A DNA stretch of 64,000 nt, taken from the NCBI GenBank assembly GCA_000436475.1, contig FR886218.1, positions 10,938-74,937 on the forward strand, given 5' to 3'. Of this stretch, positions 59,435 to 64,000 are shown piece after piece (within the stretch, counting starts at the first letter, position 1; each line of letters begins with the position of its first letter). This DNA is from Eubacterium sp. CAG:248. GTDB taxonomy: Bacteria > Bacillota > Clostridia > Lachnospirales > Lachnospiraceae. The notes under the pieces are model-generated. The model was not told the DNA's origin, did not search any database, and saw only the letters and a program-made list of their open reading frames with translations. The translations under genes and the position numbers were made by a program.

Positions 59435-61363
59435 ATGATACTAGAGAAGATCAATAAGCCTAATGATATTAAAAAGCTTTCTCCAATTGAATATAATCAG
59501 CTCGCAGCTGAGATAAGAGAGTTCCTTATACAGAAGATAAGTGTAACAGGTGGGCATCTTGCATCTAATCTGGGGGTTGTTGAACTTACTATGGCCTTGC
59601 ATGTCGTATTTAATCTGCCGCAGGATAAGCTTATATGGGATGTTGGACATCAGTCTTATACACATAAGATACTTACAGGACGTAAGAACCAGTTTGACGA
59701 GCTTAGAAAGTTCGGTGGTATGAGTGGTTTTCCTAAAAGAAATGAAAGTGACTATGATGCATTTGACACTGGTCACAGTTCAACATCTATTTCAGCTGGA
59801 TTAGGACTGGCTGAGGCAAGAGATATAAAACATGGCAATTATAGTGTTGTCTCTGTTATAGGTGATGGTGCACTTACAGGCGGCATGGCATATGAAGCAT
59901 TAAATAATGCATCACATGTTAAAGGAAATTTTGTTATAATACTTAACGATAATACGATGTCGATATCAAAGAATGTTGGCGGCGTTTCTAATATGCTCAG
60001 TGAAATACGTTCGTCAGATTCTTATTATGACCTTAAGGAAAATATAGGAAATGTACTATATAAATTACCAAAGGGTGATAAGATTGTCGGGGCTATTAAA
60101 AAGACAAAATCCAATCTGAAACAGGTTATATTACATGATTCTATGTTTGAAAGCATGGGTATATATTATCTGGGTCCGGTAGATGGACATGATATGGATA
60201 AGCTTATAAAGATACTTAATGTCGCTAAAAGAATAAAAGGACCAGTGCTTGTCCATGTAGTTACACAGAAAGGGCGCGGATATAAACCGGCAGAACGTAA
60301 TCCAAGCAAGTTTCATGGTATAGGTCCTTTTGACGTAAAGACAGGCTGTGAAATTAACCAGCTGGATGTGCCAACATATTCAAAAGTCTTTTCGGAAGCA
60401 ATATGTGAGATAGGAAAGAAGGATCGTATGGTTGCAGCCATAACAGCAGCCATGCCTGATGGTGTTGGCCTTACTAAGTTTTCAAAATGGTTTCCTGACA
60501 GATTTTTTGATGTTGGAATTGCAGAGGCACATGCTGTTACTTTTGCAGCCGGACTTGCAGCAGGTGGGTTAAAACCAGTATTTGCGGTCTATTCATCATT
60601 TTTACAAAGGGCATATGACCAGATACTTCATGATGTATGTATACAACAGCTTCATGTTGTGTTTGCAATTGACAGAGCAGGACTGGTAGGCAGTGATGGT
60701 GAAACTCATCAGGGAATATTTGATATATCTTTTCTTTCTTCGATTCCTAACATGACGATATGCGCACCTAAGAATGATATTGAGCTGAAAGAAATGCTTA
60801 ATTTTGCAGTAGAGGATTTTGATGGCCCTATTGCAATAAGATATCCAAGAGGAAGTGCCTGTCTTTTATTTCATGAGTTCAAGGCACCTGTTGTATATGG
60901 ACATTCTGAGATAATGTATGTTGGAAATGACATGTATCAGGGAGAAAGTTTAAAAGAAATCCTGCATACTGTAAAGTATGATATCGCACTTCTTGCACTT
61001 GGAAGCATGGTTATAACGGCTGATAATGTAAGAAAAAGCCTTATAGAACAGGGATATACAGTTACCCTTGTAAATGCACGTTTTGTAAAGCCTGTTGATA
61101 AGGATATGCTGGATTATGTATGCCATAATCACAGGCTTATAGTTACGTTGGAGGAAAATGTATCATCTGGTGGATTTGGTAGAACAGTCTGTCAGTATAT
61201 AAGTGATTCAGAATATGAAAATACTGTTCTTAGTATATCACTCCCTGATGACTATATTGAACATGGAAGTGTAGATATATTAAGACATGAAACAGGTATT
61301 GATGAAGAAACTATAATCAGGCGGATTAATGATAAATATATACAGAATTACAGTGAAAAGTAA
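59435..61363 (+). CDS. dxs: 1-deoxy-D-xylulose-5-phosphate synthase.
   Basis: TPP-binding GDG...N motif and transketolase-like domains, 642 aa. Confidence 0.93.
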   Translation: MILEKINKPNDIKKLSPIEYNQLAAEIREFLIQKISVTGGHLASNLGVVELTMALHVVFNLPQDKLIWDVGHQSYTHKILTGRKNQFDELRKFGGMSGFPKRNESDYDAFDTGHSSTSISAGLGLAEARDIKHGNYSVVSVIGDGALTGGMAYEALNNASHVKGNFVIILNDNTMSISKNVGGVSNMLSEIRSSDSYYDLKENIGNVLYKLPKGDKIVGAIKKTKSNLKQVILHDSMFESMGIYYLGPVDGHDMDKLIKILNVAKRIKGPVLVHVVTQKGRGYKPAERNPSKFHGIGPFDVKTGCEINQLDVPTYSKVFSEAICEIGKKDRMVAAITAAMPDGVGLTKFSKWFPDRFFDVGIAEAHAVTFAAGLAAGGLKPVFAVYSSFLQRAYDQILHDVCIQQLHVVFAIDRAGLVGSDGETHQGIFDISFLSSIPNMTICAPKNDIELKEMLNFAVEDFDGPIAIRYPRGSACLLFHEFKAPVVYGHSEIMYVGNDMYQGESLKEILHTVKYDIALLALGSMVITADNVRKSLIEQGYTVTLVNARFVKPVDKDMLDYVCHNHRLIVTLEENVSSGGFGRTVCQYISDSEYENTVLSISLPDDYIEHGSVDILRHETGIDEETIIRRINDKYIQNYSEK

Positions 61364-61417
61364 AAAATGATAAGTTAGAATACAGCATAATCAAATTGCA
61401 CAGAAATGGAGAGAAGT

Positions 61418-62221
61418 ATGAGCAAGGAAAGATTGGACGTCTTACTGGTAAACAGAGGTCTTGCAGAATCAAGAGAAAAAGCTAAAGCTATTATTATGTC
61501 CGGAAACGTATACGTAGAAGGACAAAAAGAGGATAAGGCTGGCTCAACCTTCGCAGATACAGCTAATATAGAAGTAAGAGGCACTACATTAAAATATGTA
61601 AGCCGTGGTGGACTAAAGCTTGAAAAAGCAATGGAAAATTTTGATGTTACAATCAAAGGAAAAATATGTATGGATGTAGGCTCTTCAACAGGCGGGTTTA
61701 CTGACTGTATGCTGCAGAATGGAGCAGTTAAAGTATATTCAGTTGATGTAGGACATGGGCAGCTTGCATGGAAACTGCGTAACGATGAGAGAGTTGTATG
61801 CATGGAAAAAACTAATATACGATATGTTACACCAGAAGATGTTGCTGATAAGATAGACTTTTCAAGCATAGATGTATCGTTTATCTCTCTTACTAAGGTG
61901 CTGCTTCCGGTTAAGAATCTGCTTACAGATGATGGACAGATAGTGTGCCTTATAAAACCGCAGTTTGAAGCTGGAAGAGAAAAGGTTGGAAAACATGGTG
62001 TTGTAAGGGATAAGTCAGTTCACGAAGAAGTAATAAAGATGGTTATTGATTATGCAATATCAATAGGATTCGAGGTCCTCAATCTTGAATTTTCACCAGT
62101 AAAAGGACCAGAAGGTAATATTGAATATCTTTTACATCTTCAGAAGCATACAGAAGGAATATATGAAAGTATTCCTTTTGAAATAAAAAATATAGTAGAC
62201 AAAGCACATGAAACATTGTAA
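61418..62221 (+). CDS. TlyA-family rRNA 2'-O-methyltransferase (hemolysin A-like), with an S4 domain and an FtsJ domain.
   Basis: N-terminal S4 (RLDVLLVNRGLAESREKA) and SAM motif DVGSSTGGFTD. ATG 61418 after GGAGAG. Confidence 0.85.
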   Translation: MSKERLDVLLVNRGLAESREKAKAIIMSGNVYVEGQKEDKAGSTFADTANIEVRGTTLKYVSRGGLKLEKAMENFDVTIKGKICMDVGSSTGGFTDCMLQNGAVKVYSVDVGHGQLAWKLRNDERVVCMEKTNIRYVTPEDVADKIDFSSIDVSFISLTKVLLPVKNLLTDDGQIVCLIKPQFEAGREKVGKHGVVRDKSVHEEVIKMVIDYAISIGFEVLNLEFSPVKGPEGNIEYLLHLQKHTEGIYESIPFEIKNIVDKAHETL

Positions 62222-62268
62222 TATATATTTATAGTTAACTTTAAGTGCTTTATAATATAGGGGTGTCG

Positions 62269-63120
62269 ATGAGAAGATTTTATATAGTTACTAATCGGTC
62301 AAAGGATGCAGAACTAAAGTATACATACAGCATTATTGCATATTTAAAAGAACATGGTGCAGAGGGTATATATGATGAAGAGTCCGCTTTGGTTGAAGGA
62401 ACAAAATATTGTTATACGAATGCAGAAGTTATGCCGGATAACGTTGACTGTATTATAGTACTTGGTGGCGATGGAACATTAATACAGGCAGCAAGGGATC
62501 TTAATGAAAGAAATATACCTCTGCTTGGTGTAAACATTGGAACATTAGGATATCTTACTGATACAGATATGAATAATGTATATGATACACTCAATAACCT
62601 TATTGATGATAAATATGAAGTTGATACACGTATGATGCTTGATGGTAAGATTTACCGGGATAATAAGGTTATATATGAGGATGTTGCACTGAATGATGTT
62701 GTACTAAGCAGGAGAGGTATTCTCAGGGTTATTGATTTTGATATATATGTTAATGGGGAGTATCTTAACTCTTTTGCTGCAGATGGAGTTATTGTTTCAA
62801 CTGCTACAGGTTCAACAGCCTATAGTTTATCAGCAGGTGGACCTATTGTGCAGCCGAATGCAAGGCTTATTATGATTACACCGATATGTGCGCATACACT
62901 TACACAAAGAAGTATTATCTTTGGACAGGATGATGAAATTGTTATCCAGATAAATGATAATAAAAAATTATCAGAGGAAAGAGTGGCTACTTATGATGGA
63001 GAAAGCTATTGTAATGTTGTCACAGGAGACAGAGTGGTAATAACACGTTCAGATAAGATTGCAAGACTTATAAAGACAAGCAGGATATCTTTTCTTGAAC
63101 GAATAAGAAATAAAATGTGA
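62269..63120 (+). CDS. nadK: NAD kinase.
   Basis: GGDGT motif (LGGDGTLIQAA), NE/D short motif, conserved C-terminal domain. The ORF-track GTG 62245 overlaps a TATAAT at 62250-62255, so ATG 62269 is preferred. Confidence 0.85.
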   Translation: MRRFYIVTNRSKDAELKYTYSIIAYLKEHGAEGIYDEESALVEGTKYCYTNAEVMPDNVDCIIVLGGDGTLIQAARDLNERNIPLLGVNIGTLGYLTDTDMNNVYDTLNNLIDDKYEVDTRMMLDGKIYRDNKVIYEDVALNDVVLSRRGILRVIDFDIYVNGEYLNSFAADGVIVSTATGSTAYSLSAGGPIVQPNARLIMITPICAHTLTQRSIIFGQDDEIVIQINDNKKLSEERVATYDGESYCNVVTGDRVVITRSDKIARLIKTSRISFLERIRNKM

Positions 63121-63169
63121 TTGTATGTAGTTGATACTTATCACAAAGTGGTAAGATTGGAGAATTGTT

Positions 63170-63622
63170 GTGAGAACAGACAGACACAAGAAAATATTAG
63201 AATTAATTAACAATAACAATATAGGAACGCAGGAAGAGCTTGCAGATGCGCTTAACAAGGCTGGGTATAATGTTACACAGGCAACTGTTTCAAGAGATAT
63301 AAGAGCGTTGAATCTTACAAAGGTATCTGTTGATGGTTTGAGCCAGAAGTATACTACATTGACAGCTGGCAATCCAGTAACCAACGATAAGTACATACGT
63401 GTATTAAAAGAAGGTTTTATTGATATGGATATGGCGCAGAATATACTTGTTATAAGAACAGTTTCTGGTATGGCCATGGCAGTATGTGCAGCACTTGATG
63501 CACTTAAGCTTGATGAGATTGTTGGTTCAATAGCTGGTGACGATACCATCATGTGTGCCGTAAGAACAGTCAAGGATACAACTATTGTTATGAACAAGTT
63601 AAGGAAGCTTATAAAGATATAA
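63170..63622 (+). CDS. argR: Arginine repressor.
   Basis: N-terminal wHTH (QEELADALNKAGYNVTQATVSRD) and C-terminal Arg-binding/oligomerisation domain (GTIAGDDTI). GTG start after GGAGA. Confidence 0.9.
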   Translation: MRTDRHKKILELINNNNIGTQEELADALNKAGYNVTQATVSRDIRALNLTKVSVDGLSQKYTTLTAGNPVTNDKYIRVLKEGFIDMDMAQNILVIRTVSGMAMAVCAALDALKLDEIVGSIAGDDTIMCAVRTVKDTTIVMNKLRKLIKI

Positions 63623-63673
63623 GTATCGTTATGTTTGCTGCCACTTAAGAATATGGAGGCAGGTTGGAGGAAT

Positions 63674-64000
63674 ATGCTTACTAATTTACATGTTAAGAAT
63701 CTTGCATTAATAGAAGAGGAAAATGTTGATTTTGAGGAAGGACTTAACATATTATCAGGAGAGACTGGCGCAGGAAAGTCTATTATTCTTGGTTCTATTA
63801 ATGCAGCACTTGGTGCTAAAACTTCACCGGATTTTATAAGGACTGGTGCAGAATACGGATTAGCCGAACTGATGTTTGATATAGGCGATAAAAAAACATT
63901 AGATAAGATAAAAGAACTTGGGGTTCTTGATATAGAAGATGGTGAACTTCTTATATCAAGAAAAATAACTCCAACACGTTCACAGATTAAGGTGAATGGT
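63674..64000 (+). CDS. recN: DNA repair protein RecN, 3'-partial; runs off the window end, so it is absent from the ORF track.
   Basis: MLTNLHVKNLALIEE...LSGETGAGKSIILGSINAALG (SMC-like Walker A). GGAGG RBS. Confidence 0.88.
   Translation, partial: MLTNLHVKNLALIEEENVDFEEGLNILSGETGAGKSIILGSINAALGAKTSPDFIRTGAEYGLAELMFDIGDKKTLDKIKELGVLDIEDGELLISRKITPTRSQIKVNG

Noticed and set aside
63049-63750. 233-aa minus-strand ORF spanning the nadK 3' end, argR and the recN start.
   Set aside because: It overlaps three conserved plus-strand genes. Hydrophobic low-complexity artefact.
1-64000. CRISPR arrays, transposases/integrases, rRNA, tRNA and prophage-like genes.
   Set aside because: No regularly spaced direct repeats, no recombinase-like ORFs and no tRNA-like structures were seen. 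The window reads as a conserved chromosomal core.

Overview
This is a low-GC (about 35%) chromosomal window dense in conserved housekeeping and sporulation genes, with gene order typical of spore-forming Firmicutes/Clostridia.

Left third: a 5'-truncated membrane/zinc-ribbon protein, pyk, a VanZ-like protein, a T-box leader driving tyrS, an unknown polytopic membrane protein, rqcH on the minus strand, yicC-gmk-rpoZ, a TrmA/RlmD-type RNA methyltransferase, an orphan acidic protein, and an Rrf2(IscR-like)-sufCBDSU Fe-S assembly operon.

Middle: a stranded sortase-signal gene fragment and an O-antigen-ligase-like membrane protein, glpK, a MoxR/DUF58/transglutaminase triad, an AEC transporter, rimO-pgsA-cinA(C-terminal domain only)-recA-recX-rny with two LexA boxes, an aminotransferase, proC, a NUDIX hydrolase, DAHP synthase (minus), pyrimidine-nucleoside phosphorylase, kduI-kduD and an ABC-2 transporter.

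Right third: a polysaccharide deacetylase and dacB-like carboxypeptidase (both minus), a MacB/FtsX-type ABC pair, the complete spoIIIAA-AH operon, then asp23-nusB-xseA-xseB-ispA-dxs-tlyA-nadK-argR and a 3'-truncated recN. This matches the Bacillus spoIIIA-to-recN gene order, but folD and accBC are absent.

I found no rRNA, tRNA, CRISPR array, transposase or integrase.

The most unusual observations:
- A roughly 93-codon cell-wall sorting-signal tail is encoded in frame immediately after the sufU stop codon.
- A 16-bp terminator hairpin sequesters the spoIIIAA ribosome-binding site, and a sigma-E-like -10 sits inside its 5' arm.
- The conserved N-terminus of spoIIIAF is encoded in frame with no canonical start codon.
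- A perfect 34-bp palindrome lies upstream of the aminotransferase gene.
- Several structured inverted-repeat elements occur in intergenic promoter regions.

All calls come from reading the sequence and the ORF translations. No database searches were run.
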